Virus record (IMG/VR): IMGVR_UViG_3300032213_001070
Location: 1 to 64,000 of that record
Source: a virus
Direction: 5' to 3' (one strand)
DNA: 64,000 nt
The translations under genes were made by a program, and so were the position numbers. The notes beneath the pieces were generated by a model. That model was not told the origin of the DNA. It saw only the letters and a program-made list of their open reading frames with translations, and did no database searches. Shown piece by piece: positions 29,001-38,506 of the stretch. Positions within the stretch are counted from its first letter, which is position 1. Every line of letters starts with the position of its first letter.

Positions 29001-29123
29001 TCTAGTGGTGGAACTACTGACAAAGCAGCTATGGCAAAACAAATGGGTTATGGAGCATATGGAGGTCAGTTAAAGAAAGGTGGATTTGTGTATGCCGATG
29101 TTATCTATCCATTTATACTATAA
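26064..29123 (+). CDS. Probable internal cargo protein with conserved crAss-type N-terminal domain
   Basis: 1019 aa; EAEGGET...GP.H.EGGVP..LP..SFIFSD motif; Q/N/A-rich coiled-coil C-terminus. Confidence 0.65.
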   Translation: MLRRVRIKKLPQAKTGYQVRGSLYNDVPSMGGGADYNAYIGEPHLKASKYITAVPREEANLEAEGGETVFGDINGDGMPEHKTIKGPRHSEGGVPLKLPDDSFIFSDTKSMKMKEPNFLAMFGKKTGSYTPAELAKQYDVERYRKILQDPNSDMLDKKTAELMLKNYTLKLGALALAQESKKGFPQGIPAVARPYMEAMGIKDEDVLPDQQITSTIKELDQQQKNNQRSAATMASPTEEQDEEYGDEAEEAQMMNSDRPVATPEPMEDEAAGMTPEEAEMQFGGMLSSDRAFAFQNGGWLPEEVAVFTGTVPYAEYGMAMGVNPQNYEGRKKHIHGATRFFQNGGNLPKAQGGIEVDITGMTPQQRDKALDEARTKNPGKEINVIENGKKKSAKYKKLKAQELTDIEGVDMKTFGNTPNSVAAAAQYKLLEKNLKDPKVMNKLYEETISSLKDKRSYVGKDGVQGKTWEERGNALPSPAEVRDQFLTHQKRNLSFRGQNIDPNLFTDTGAGLAPAAELIKRGAINPKTGKKITNEEEAKEAKEHMRQTYGGGRKGYTKDGEIIDVSIDEVSGKIGIPLEKDEKSRALQQATFHGYTHMAENKGNYDADTQYALKNFIPESLQAGVGDEISMGKGLFKNKGVQISPIDDFYKLDDEEYKSKAGNTTLGHLAGAGLEEYTFEDINEGPCECEDGSKPQRKEDGTCPCETKPKGEKPCPCEKSDGTKIDVGVNPNTGECNPCVEEQPVDIEQPAEWWLQDTIKTAGAFGDLMSIKKHMPWAPRVDLETPRPTFLDPTRELAANAEQANIQTQAAAQFAGPQALSARASSIQGTAAKNAADVLSKYNNANVNIANQFETQATNIRNQEQMMNQAGTQRLYDQNTVANQQFDNAKLAMRSNLRNQYTNAITNRAKTAALNDLYPQYAVSPATGGFNRFQNPKDFTGEKTSTTKTYDEWLKYYIDQGNTPEQASTNAKNAVNTQASSGGTTDKAAMAKQMGYGAYGGQLKKGGFVYADVIYPFIL

Positions 29124-29137
29124 ACTTTATATGTTTA
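29121..29137 (+). promoter_or_regulatory. Second copy of the palindromic operator-like site
   Basis: TAAACTTTATATGTTTA, overlapping the stop codon of the upstream gene like the first copy. Confidence 0.45.
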
Positions 29138-29206
29138 TTAAACTTTAAAAATTTTAATAGCTTTACAACAAAGAAAAAACAAAACAACTTTTAAATACTT
29201 ATAAAT

Positions 29207-32200
29207 ATGGCGACCTATTTAAGTGGCGTTACTGATTATATTCCGGACTACCAGCCATTTCAGCCAGACCTGAACTTTTATGCTAATGTGTTACAAACAA
29301 AGCAAAGTCAGTATGATACAAACTGGAAGCAGGTAAATAATCTATATGCTGAATTACACAATTCTGATCTTACACATGACTTAAATGTTAAGAAAAAAGA
29401 TGAGCTATTAAAACAAATAGACTTCAACTTAAAAAGAGTTAGTGGACTTGATTTATCATTAGAACAAAATGTAAACCAAGCTACCCAAGTATTTAGACCA
29501 TTCTATGAGGATAAGTACTTGATGAAAGATATGGCTTGGACAAAAAACTATAATTCAACATTAAGTAGAGCATTGAATCTTAATAACTCTCAGGATGAAA
29601 AGATGAGATCTCAATACTGGGATGAAGGTGTTAAAGAAATGCAATACCGCAAACAAGAGTTTAAAGACTCTACACTAGATGAAACACTAAACTTTGGTAA
29701 TGTTAAATATACTCCAAAGGTTGATGTTTTATCTAAGTATCAAGAAATATTTAAAAAGTCAGGCTTATCAGTTGATATTAAAGATGTAGATGCTTCAGGA
29801 ATGTATTTTGTAAGAGAGAAGAATGGAAAAGTATTACTTGCTCCTTTACAAAAGTTGTTTATGACATCATATATAAATGATCCGGCAACACAAGCTTTCT
29901 ATGCAACTCAAGCATATGTAAAAAGAAAAGACTATGCAGAACAAAATGCATCTAAATTTAATGGTAACAAAGCTGAAGCTGAAAAAGAATACTTAAGAGA
30001 TCAGTATAAGTGGTTACAGAACAAAGCTAAAGAAGAAAATGTAGATGCTAAAGATGCTGTATCTGTAAATAAAAACAAAACAGCAACTGTTGAAAAACAA
30101 ATTCTTGATAAAGATGCAAATCCTTATAGTGAGTCTTATTTAGATACTTTAAATAAAGCAATGGCTATTGATGAAACAGTAGCTAATCATGCTGATAAAA
30201 TAAATAAAGAAGTAAATGGAGATGGTACATCTTCAGTAACAATGTCTAGACCACAAGGAGATCCTTCTCAGTTAGACTTTTCTAATATGACGTTAGCTAG
30301 GCTTAAAGTTGATTCAGCTTTTGCATCTTCATTAGCTGAGAGAGACATTAATGCAGCTGCTGATATTTATTCATATACAAATTATGTTTATGAAAAATCA
30401 GTTAATCCGGTAGGACTAGAAGGATTAAGACATAGAAACTCTATTGCAAGACTTGACTATGCTAGTCAACTTAAAATGCGTGAAATTGATTATAAGTCAC
30501 AAAAAGATATAGAAAAAGCTAGGGTAGAGCAAGGCCTTGCAGATGGTACCATCTGGTATGATAAAGATAATAAGATGCATATAGATTACGGTGATGCTTA
30601 CAAAGCTAACTGGGGATCTACATCAGGACAAGTAGGCAGTGAATATAATGTCATGGCTAAAAATGTTAAAGATAGAGATGAGGTAGTATCAAGTTTAACA
30701 GGAGACTATATTGGCCGAACACTTACACATCTTAATAATCTTGCAGAGGGTGATTCACAAATAACTAGCAAAGAACTTTGGAATGCTGTATCATTCTTAG
30801 ATCCTAATAGTAAAGAAGCAAAAGATAGATATAAGACTAGAGATGGTAAACAACTAGTTGCTCAACTTTATAAAAAGTATCAAGAGAACCCAGGCAAGTT
30901 TGTATTAGAATTTTCTAAGACCAATCAAGTTCTTAAACTTAAAAAGTTTATGGACTCATGGTCATCAAGAAATGCAGGGCATCCGATTGCATATGAATAT
31001 AACTCTGATGCAAGTAATGTTAAAATTGAAAGGTTTAAAAGATTTAATGAAGCTTCAAAAATAGTAGATCAACATAACTATAACAAGATAAGTAAGAATC
31101 TTATTTCAACATTAGAGTCAAATGAAGACTTTAAGAATCTAAAAGATGAAACAAAACAAAAGATAGTTGATGTATATATTAAAAACCTAAAGACTGGTAA
31201 ACAACCTGAAAAAGGTAAACAAACCTGGTCTGGTAAAACAAGAGATGAAAGTGAGCAAGAGGTTTTTGAAAAGTTTTTAGATCAGCAATTAGGGTATAAT
31301 AAGTTTGCAACTAAAAGACACATTGCTACAAGAGGTGAAATTGAAGCAGGTATAGAAAGTGGTGACAGACCGTACCGTAGTGGATTCAGAAATAAAACAG
31401 GAATAAATATTGGTAACCTCTTTGATGTTATGACTAATGCTTATAATAAAACTATAAACCAAACAGGTGATGATGGTTTAATGAGTTATGCAGGTGTTGT
31501 AAGAAAACAAGGTGGTAGATATGCATTAGCCACAAATGATCTTGTAGCTAAAGATGTTATTCTTTCTAAACCAGGTTACGGAGGTTTCCGTGATTTTCAG
31601 CAAGCTATGCAAGATATAAGCAGAATCCGATTTAGCCAGGATCCTAGTAAGTATGCAGTTACTTATGGTGGCACAACTATATCAGCTGCTGAAAAGAATA
31701 GATTAGATCCGGGTAAAGTAAAAGCAATGCTAAAAGAATTGCAGTTATCAGCCGGCAAAAAGAGTACAACTAAGTTTACAATTGCTAGAGATGGTATGGC
31801 TTTAGAAAATCTAGACTTAAGAGCATTTAGAATTAAACCTTCTAAGGAAATATTAGATAAGTATTTTAAAACAGCTGATGGTAAAGTAAACACATCTGTA
31901 GTAAATGATATACTTAAAAATGGTATAAGCTTTATTGCACCTAAAAGTGAGTGGACAAATGATTTTATACTTGAGAATGAACTGACTCCAACTGAAATGA
32001 TACTTAATGCCAAAAAGAAAATTGAGTATGTTCAAGGTAATGGAGCTGGTAAGTATATAATAGAAAAAGTTAATAATGTACCTGGAGTAGATTATAGAGT
32101 TAATTATACAGGCTATTATATAAATAGAGATGGAACAGTAAGAACTTTAACTGATTACCTTCCATTGCAAAAATCAGGAAATAAAGTTGATGACAGTGAA

Positions 32201-32344
32201 GATACTTTACAAAATATGCTTAGAGAAATTGATGAAAAAAATAAAGAAACTTATAAGCAAATTCAAATGAGTGGAGACACTGAAGCAATGAGAAGAGTAA
32301 AAGAATTTTTTGCAAACCCTGTAAAAGGAGGTTATCAATATTAA
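29207..32344 (+). CDS. Probable ejection protein
   Basis: 1045 aa, predicted helical, no Cys seen; lies immediately before the giant-gene block. Confidence 0.6.
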   Translation: MATYLSGVTDYIPDYQPFQPDLNFYANVLQTKQSQYDTNWKQVNNLYAELHNSDLTHDLNVKKKDELLKQIDFNLKRVSGLDLSLEQNVNQATQVFRPFYEDKYLMKDMAWTKNYNSTLSRALNLNNSQDEKMRSQYWDEGVKEMQYRKQEFKDSTLDETLNFGNVKYTPKVDVLSKYQEIFKKSGLSVDIKDVDASGMYFVREKNGKVLLAPLQKLFMTSYINDPATQAFYATQAYVKRKDYAEQNASKFNGNKAEAEKEYLRDQYKWLQNKAKEENVDAKDAVSVNKNKTATVEKQILDKDANPYSESYLDTLNKAMAIDETVANHADKINKEVNGDGTSSVTMSRPQGDPSQLDFSNMTLARLKVDSAFASSLAERDINAAADIYSYTNYVYEKSVNPVGLEGLRHRNSIARLDYASQLKMREIDYKSQKDIEKARVEQGLADGTIWYDKDNKMHIDYGDAYKANWGSTSGQVGSEYNVMAKNVKDRDEVVSSLTGDYIGRTLTHLNNLAEGDSQITSKELWNAVSFLDPNSKEAKDRYKTRDGKQLVAQLYKKYQENPGKFVLEFSKTNQVLKLKKFMDSWSSRNAGHPIAYEYNSDASNVKIERFKRFNEASKIVDQHNYNKISKNLISTLESNEDFKNLKDETKQKIVDVYIKNLKTGKQPEKGKQTWSGKTRDESEQEVFEKFLDQQLGYNKFATKRHIATRGEIEAGIESGDRPYRSGFRNKTGINIGNLFDVMTNAYNKTINQTGDDGLMSYAGVVRKQGGRYALATNDLVAKDVILSKPGYGGFRDFQQAMQDISRIRFSQDPSKYAVTYGGTTISAAEKNRLDPGKVKAMLKELQLSAGKKSTTKFTIARDGMALENLDLRAFRIKPSKEILDKYFKTADGKVNTSVVNDILKNGISFIAPKSEWTNDFILENELTPTEMILNAKKKIEYVQGNGAGKYIIEKVNNVPGVDYRVNYTGYYINRDGTVRTLTDYLPLQKSGNKVDDSEDTLQNMLREIDEKNKETYKQIQMSGDTEAMRRVKEFFANPVKGGYQY

Positions 32345-32349
32345 TCAAT

Positions 32350-35300
32350 ATGGCTGAAGAAACAAATATACCAGATGATGGAGTAAATGAGCTTTCACAA
32401 AAAAGTCCATTTATTGCACCAGCTTCTATAGGAATGACTGAATATAAACCTATTACTCCTCCAGTACTTGATATTCATGATCTTAACTTAAAATCTAATA
32501 TTGATAATCCAGCATTAAGAGTTAAAGATACTACTACCGGATCTGCACCATATCATCCAAAAAGAGTTGATTCAAGTGATGCTCCTAAGTTTGGAGGTCT
32601 TGATGGAATATTTGCAAAAACAAAAGCTCAGTTAGTACAGAATGTAGATAATAAAGTATACAATAAAATGTACGCTTATGACTCTTCACCAAAAGGAGCA
32701 CATAAAGCTAGGTATAAAGCATATGGTCAAGAGACATATGATAAGATTGGTTTCTCACCGGAGATAGATAATGAAACATGGTTTAATGCAAACACAACCA
32801 TGTATGATGATTGGAAGCGTATGGCTACCAATGCAGCATGGCCAATGATGAAACTTGGTTTTATTAGTCCTATAAAATCATATGGTAAACTTTTTGGTCA
32901 AGCTGATATAGGTCAGGACTTAGCAGAGGCTAGAGATTATGAAGAATACAATGCTATAGGTTATTCTACTAAAGGTGGTATAGGTGGATTTGCAATTAAC
33001 TTGCAGAATTCAGCAGCATACTCTGTGGGTATAATCACTGAGTCTGTAGTTGAAGGAGCTCTTATTGGAGCTGCTGTAGGTGCAGTAGCAGGAGAAGGAA
33101 TTGGAGCAGCCCCAGGAGCTGCACTTGGTGGTATATTTGAAGGTATATCAGCAATAGGAAGATTACCAAAGACTCTGTATCAAATGAGCAAGAATCTTGG
33201 TAAGATGACTATGAATCTTAAAAAGCTTCAGAATCTTTCAGAGGTTAAGAATGTATTTGCAAATGCAGGTAGAACTATGGGGAATTTTGTAAATCCTTTT
33301 ACAAATACCACAGAAGCTGCAATGAAATATGTATTTAAAAATCCTGATGATCTTACCAACTTAGCTAGAAGTGCAAGAACAGCTGGAGCTATGTGGCATG
33401 ATGTAAAGAATATAAATGCTGCATTATCTGAAGGAAGACTTGAAGGAGGATTTACAGAACAAAGAGTATATGATGATCTCTATAACAAATACTATGATAA
33501 GTACGGAGTAGCTCCTACAGATGAGTTACAAAAAGATATGCGTAAGCAAGCAAAAGTAGCTGGATTCCAAAACACTTGGAAGAACACATTGCTTGTAAAC
33601 TATAGTAATAAGATAGCTTTCCCGTCAATCACTAGAGCAGGTTTTATGAAAGGTCTTCCAACCTTCAGTAAAACATTCGGAACAGTAGGACCTTATCAGT
33701 TAATATATGACCCGGCTAAGAAAGTTGCAAAAGAAGCTTACCGTATTGAAAAGGTATCTTTAAAGAATGCTGCTAAGTCATTAGTTAAACCAGCTACATA
33801 TGGTAAAACTGCTCTTAATTACTTTAAGGCAAATCTAGTAGAAGGTTTTCAAGAGACTGCACAGGATGTATTGTCAAATGCAACAGAAGAGTATTACACA
33901 AACAGCTTTAAAAATAAAGACCGACAGAACTTTGATTACTCAATGGCTACTCTTGGTTCAGCATTAAAGAAACAAATCAGTGCTCAAGGTGCTGAAACAT
34001 TTGCTTCTGGATTTGCTATGGGTACCATACTTGGTATTCCCGGAGGAGTAAAAGAATATTTAAGTGTAGGATACAATAAGTATTTTAAGAACCGTGCTAA
34101 CTATGATCAGTATGTTGCTGAAAGAGAAGGTGAAGCACAAAGCATTGTTGATGCATTAAATACAATGGACAAGAATGCTAAACACTTCTTTGATCCTAGA
34201 CTTAATAATTATGTTAATCAGATGCTTGTAGGTAAAGTAGCTGATGACCCGGATAATGTTTCTGCTAAAGAAGCTAAAGATGCAAGCTTTGCAGGTTTTA
34301 AATCTGCTGTGAGAACTGCATTAAGAACCGGTACCTTTGATATGTTCATTGATAACTTTCAAGGATACAAACAAGCTAGCCCAGAAGACATTGAAGCAGC
34401 ATGGAGTCTAGAACCTGGACAAGGTACAAAAGCATTAGAGTATATTGATAGTGCAACAAAGACTGCAAAAGATATTGCTTCTAGATGGCAATTCTCTAAA
34501 AATAAATTTAAAGAAGTTGTTAATCCAAATCAGTTTGCTGAAGATACGCCAGAGAGACAAATGGCTGATATTTATAATGAAGCTTACTTGACTGGATTAG
34601 ACAATCTTGTATTTATGGGCTCAGCATTTGATAATAACTCTGAGAGATTGTCAAAGATGTATACCAAGCTTTCTTCTTTATCTGCTATACAAAATTCAAG
34701 ATTCTCAAACTTTGCAAACATTGTAGAGCCAGAAAAACTGCAGAAAGAGATTGCTATGCTCCGTACAGATGTAGAGTTAGGAAAAAATGCTACAACTCCA
34801 GAAGCAAAAGAACAGTATAAAAAACAAAAAGATTTATTAGAAAAACTAGAAAACTATCAATCACAACAGTTTGGAGCTACAGTACAGTTTCTTAAAAAAC
34901 TAAGAGATACTCAGAAGAGTATAATGGAATCTGAGGAAGGTATTTCTGCAAGTGAAGCTCAACAAAAAGCTTTAGATCAAGTTGTTGAAGAGTATGATGA
35001 ACAAGGATTAAATTCTTTTGAAGACTATAAAAATAGTTATAGAGAGTTACTAGACACTCTTGCTGGGTCAGAAGAAGACAAAGTAAAATTAAATAGAGAG
35101 TTAGATGATGCTGGAGGCTTTGATGAGTTTTTTCAAATGCTTATGGATTCATATCTACTTAGAAATGAAAATACTAACCTTAATAAGTTTATCAATCTAT
35201 TGAATGATCCAAAAGGTTTCTATGAGCATGTTCAGAGAAACTTTGACTGGATGAAAAAGCTGTATGATAACAGACAAGACTATTATACTGATGTTGTAAA

Positions 35301-38300
35301 TAATTCTATGTTGGCTATCCAGAGAAACAGTCTTTTGGAAGAGTTAGCTGAAAAAGGTATTTATGTAGACTTAGAAGAGTTTGCTGAATGGACAGAAGAT
35401 AATAACAACCTACCAACTTACTTTATTGATCAGGTAAATAACAGAATCATAAACCAAGATAGTTATTTGTATGATCAGTACATACAACTATTTGTTGATG
35501 CTTCTCAGATTGATAGTAAAAACCCACCGGTAAAGAAATCTGACAAAGATCAAAAGCTACAGAAGATAGTTGATGATTATAATGATCAAAGAGATGGTGA
35601 ACTTGAAACTGTTAAGAATACATATGACCGCACATTAAAAGAACTAGTTGGATATACTCAGGAAGAGATTGATGAGATGATCAGTCAAGCAACAGCAGAG
35701 TCTGAGATGTCAGAAGATGATGTTAAAGATGAAGTTAAGCTTATAGAAAAAGCATTAAAGCAACTTGATTCAAATAATGTAGTTGAGATACAAGCAGTGT
35801 TTGATATTGCTGTAGACAAAAATATGTTTACCGCACAAGAGTATAATCTTAAAAAAGAAGATATATTCAGTGATGATGCTTTACTAGAAGAAATGCAAGC
35901 TATTTCAGAAAGATTTACTGATGTAGATGAAGTAGAAGCACAAGATGCCGCAGCAAATGTAATGATCTTAAAACCATTACTTGAATCAAGACTTGAAGTA
36001 TTAAATACATATGATCAAACAAAAGGTCTAGAAGGTGTACCACAGTATGAAGACACAAAGCCATATGCTGACTATACTAAAGCTGTAGATGAGATAAACA
36101 AAAAGTATGACAATCTTATTGATGAGGCTGAAGGTAGATTAGCTGCAGAAACAAGAGCTGATGTAGAGGCTAAGAGACCAGAAGCAATGAAGAAAACTAT
36201 TAAGCAAATCAGAGACTTAATAGAAACCAAAGAAGATATAGTTCAGACTAAGAGAAACTATATTGTAGATGGTGAGCTTCATGATAGAATGTCTAATAGA
36301 ATCAAGACTGGATATGATACTTATGGATACACCGGTGAATCTGATTTAGTTGATGTATATGATAGTACTATTGGTGCTGCTTTAGAAGGTACTGCTGATA
36401 CTAAAGCTGATCTAGAAGCTCAGAAAGCTGATATAGAAAAACAGAAAGAAGTCTATAAAAAAATGACTAAAGGTACTCCCATTATTAAAGATAACATTAA
36501 AGGCACCAAGATAGGAGATAAATATGATGATAGATTAAAAGTGATAGTTATTGATGAAAGTTTAGCAGATAACTTTGATCCTAAAATTGCTGATGATAAT
36601 GGACAAGGTTATGAGGTTATAAGTAAAATTAAAGAATATGGTGAGATGGAAAATGGTGTTCAGACAAAAGCACCAAAAGTTGAAATTATAATTTTTAACA
36701 ATAAAGAAGATGCAAACGCCTTTTTTGAAGCAAGAAAAATTAAATTAGATAAAAATATAGCTGATGCAGAACTAGCTGCTTTAGAACAACCAACTCCTCC
36801 GGGAGTTCTTACTCAAAATGTCATTGATGCCTTTATAAAAGAACTAGTTGATGCAGACCTACCAGGAGTAAACACTAATAAGTTTACTGTAGATATAGTA
36901 AGAGATGAGTTAGAAACTTTAATAGCTCCTGAAGGAACTAGGCTGACTAAGAAAACTCAAAAACAAATTGATAGCTTAAACTCTCAATTAGCTGATGTTG
37001 AATCTAAGTTAGCTTCAGTAAAAGACAAGAAGAGATTAGCTACTCTTGAGAAGCAAAAGAAAAGACTTGAAGAAGTTATTAAGGATGAAGAGACTGGTAA
37101 ATACCGGGAGCCTTTTGAAATGACAAATGATAACATTAAATCATTTGTACTCAACACAGTAAAAGAAAATGCATTTGAAGAATCAAGAGATGCCGGAAAT
37201 ATTCTAGATCCTATGCTTAAAAACTTCTTAGATACTGAAACATCTAAGAAACCTGCATATGATCCTAAGCTTATGAGTAAGGAAGCATATGATAACTTAT
37301 TTGATGATGAGACAGGCTACTTAACTAAGTTTAAAAAGATGGCAGATGCTGGTGAAATATATATTTTCACTAAGAATCTTTATGTACATTCTAACAATCT
37401 AGTAGATGAGAATGGTAAAAAGTTACCTCCAGTTGCTGGTGAGATTGATATGATTATAGTAGACCGCAAAGGTAGAGCTTTCATAGCAGACTTAAAGACC
37501 GGTAAAGTAGCTAAGTGGCTTAACTATAAAACAAGAGGTACTAAGTCATTTGAAAAACAAATAGAGAATACTATGCAACAAACCGGTTACTCTAACTTGT
37601 TAGAGAACATGGGTACTACTGTTGATGGTATAATGATATTCCCGCTTGAGATTGGCTTTGATAGCAAAGGTTTTATCAAATCTGCTAATGCTCCTACTAA
37701 TCCGTCATTGTTTGCTGGAGAAGAAGTTATTGGAGATGAAGGTACACTACCTTACACAATCCAATTAGACAAAGGAAACAACACACAGATCAAGAATGAA
37801 GAGACTGGGCAATATGAGAATATATCTATTGATCAGTTTATGCAGAGATTGATTCCTGTAAAAGGTAAGAAGACTACACAAATAAAAACTAAACCGGCAC
37901 CAACAGATGTAATTCCTGAAGAAGAAAGAGCACTTGCTGATGAGTTCATGCTTAAGATGGCTAATGCTAAAGAGTTTGATGACCTTACAGAAGTAGCATT
38001 GGAGCTTGATGAAATGAAACCTAACTTAAGCAAAGAAACATATAACATGCTTAAGTATCAGTTGGATACTAGAATGTCAATGGATCTAAATATCCCTAAT
38101 GATATTATTCTAAATACCGATGAAATTTATATCTTTACACAGCCGGTAAAAGCCCTTAAAATAACTGAAGGATATAGAGTTAAAATTGATATGTTAGATC
38201 CTGAAACTCAAAAAGTTATAATATCAAGAGTAGGTCCCGGAAGAACAAGAAGTATTGAAATGAGTATTAAAGATTTTACAGAAAATACCATGACAGAAGA

Positions 38301-38502
38301 ACAATTAAATAACCTTCCAAAAGAAGAACCTACATATCAACCTTCTCAAGAAGAGATAGATATGTTAAATGAAAGTCTTGAAAATACAAATGAAGGTTTA
38401 TCTGAGTTTGAACAACTTGCAAAGTTAGAGGCGGATGCATATGCAGAAGGTGTAACACTTGATTCTTTAGAAAACAATTTCCTTAATAATATTAAATGTT
38501 AA
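32350..38502 (+). CDS. Giant ejection protein with hydrophobic N-terminal segment and PD-(D/E)xK nuclease domain
   Basis: 2050 aa; Gly/Ala hydrophobic stretch at ~32977-33159; GEIDMIIVD...FIADLKTG...QQTGYSNLLE at ~37435-37610; ends in Cys. Confidence 0.7.
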   Translation: MAEETNIPDDGVNELSQKSPFIAPASIGMTEYKPITPPVLDIHDLNLKSNIDNPALRVKDTTTGSAPYHPKRVDSSDAPKFGGLDGIFAKTKAQLVQNVDNKVYNKMYAYDSSPKGAHKARYKAYGQETYDKIGFSPEIDNETWFNANTTMYDDWKRMATNAAWPMMKLGFISPIKSYGKLFGQADIGQDLAEARDYEEYNAIGYSTKGGIGGFAINLQNSAAYSVGIITESVVEGALIGAAVGAVAGEGIGAAPGAALGGIFEGISAIGRLPKTLYQMSKNLGKMTMNLKKLQNLSEVKNVFANAGRTMGNFVNPFTNTTEAAMKYVFKNPDDLTNLARSARTAGAMWHDVKNINAALSEGRLEGGFTEQRVYDDLYNKYYDKYGVAPTDELQKDMRKQAKVAGFQNTWKNTLLVNYSNKIAFPSITRAGFMKGLPTFSKTFGTVGPYQLIYDPAKKVAKEAYRIEKVSLKNAAKSLVKPATYGKTALNYFKANLVEGFQETAQDVLSNATEEYYTNSFKNKDRQNFDYSMATLGSALKKQISAQGAETFASGFAMGTILGIPGGVKEYLSVGYNKYFKNRANYDQYVAEREGEAQSIVDALNTMDKNAKHFFDPRLNNYVNQMLVGKVADDPDNVSAKEAKDASFAGFKSAVRTALRTGTFDMFIDNFQGYKQASPEDIEAAWSLEPGQGTKALEYIDSATKTAKDIASRWQFSKNKFKEVVNPNQFAEDTPERQMADIYNEAYLTGLDNLVFMGSAFDNNSERLSKMYTKLSSLSAIQNSRFSNFANIVEPEKLQKEIAMLRTDVELGKNATTPEAKEQYKKQKDLLEKLENYQSQQFGATVQFLKKLRDTQKSIMESEEGISASEAQQKALDQVVEEYDEQGLNSFEDYKNSYRELLDTLAGSEEDKVKLNRELDDAGGFDEFFQMLMDSYLLRNENTNLNKFINLLNDPKGFYEHVQRNFDWMKKLYDNRQDYYTDVVNNSMLAIQRNSLLEELAEKGIYVDLEEFAEWTEDNNNLPTYFIDQVNNRIINQDSYLYDQYIQLFVDASQIDSKNPPVKKSDKDQKLQKIVDDYNDQRDGELETVKNTYDRTLKELVGYTQEEIDEMISQATAESEMSEDDVKDEVKLIEKALKQLDSNNVVEIQAVFDIAVDKNMFTAQEYNLKKEDIFSDDALLEEMQAISERFTDVDEVEAQDAAANVMILKPLLESRLEVLNTYDQTKGLEGVPQYEDTKPYADYTKAVDEINKKYDNLIDEAEGRLAAETRADVEAKRPEAMKKTIKQIRDLIETKEDIVQTKRNYIVDGELHDRMSNRIKTGYDTYGYTGESDLVDVYDSTIGAALEGTADTKADLEAQKADIEKQKEVYKKMTKGTPIIKDNIKGTKIGDKYDDRLKVIVIDESLADNFDPKIADDNGQGYEVISKIKEYGEMENGVQTKAPKVEIIIFNNKEDANAFFEARKIKLDKNIADAELAALEQPTPPGVLTQNVIDAFIKELVDADLPGVNTNKFTVDIVRDELETLIAPEGTRLTKKTQKQIDSLNSQLADVESKLASVKDKKRLATLEKQKKRLEEVIKDEETGKYREPFEMTNDNIKSFVLNTVKENAFEESRDAGNILDPMLKNFLDTETSKKPAYDPKLMSKEAYDNLFDDETGYLTKFKKMADAGEIYIFTKNLYVHSNNLVDENGKKLPPVAGEIDMIIVDRKGRAFIADLKTGKVAKWLNYKTRGTKSFEKQIENTMQQTGYSNLLENMGTTVDGIMIFPLEIGFDSKGFIKSANAPTNPSLFAGEEVIGDEGTLPYTIQLDKGNNTQIKNEETGQYENISIDQFMQRLIPVKGKKTTQIKTKPAPTDVIPEEERALADEFMLKMANAKEFDDLTEVALELDEMKPNLSKETYNMLKYQLDTRMSMDLNIPNDIILNTDEIYIFTQPVKALKITEGYRVKIDMLDPETQKVIISRVGPGRTRSIEMSIKDFTENTMTEEQLNNLPKEEPTYQPSQEEIDMLNESLENTNEGLSEFEQLAKLEADAYAEGVTLDSLENNFLNNIKC

Positions 38503-38506
38503 TTAG

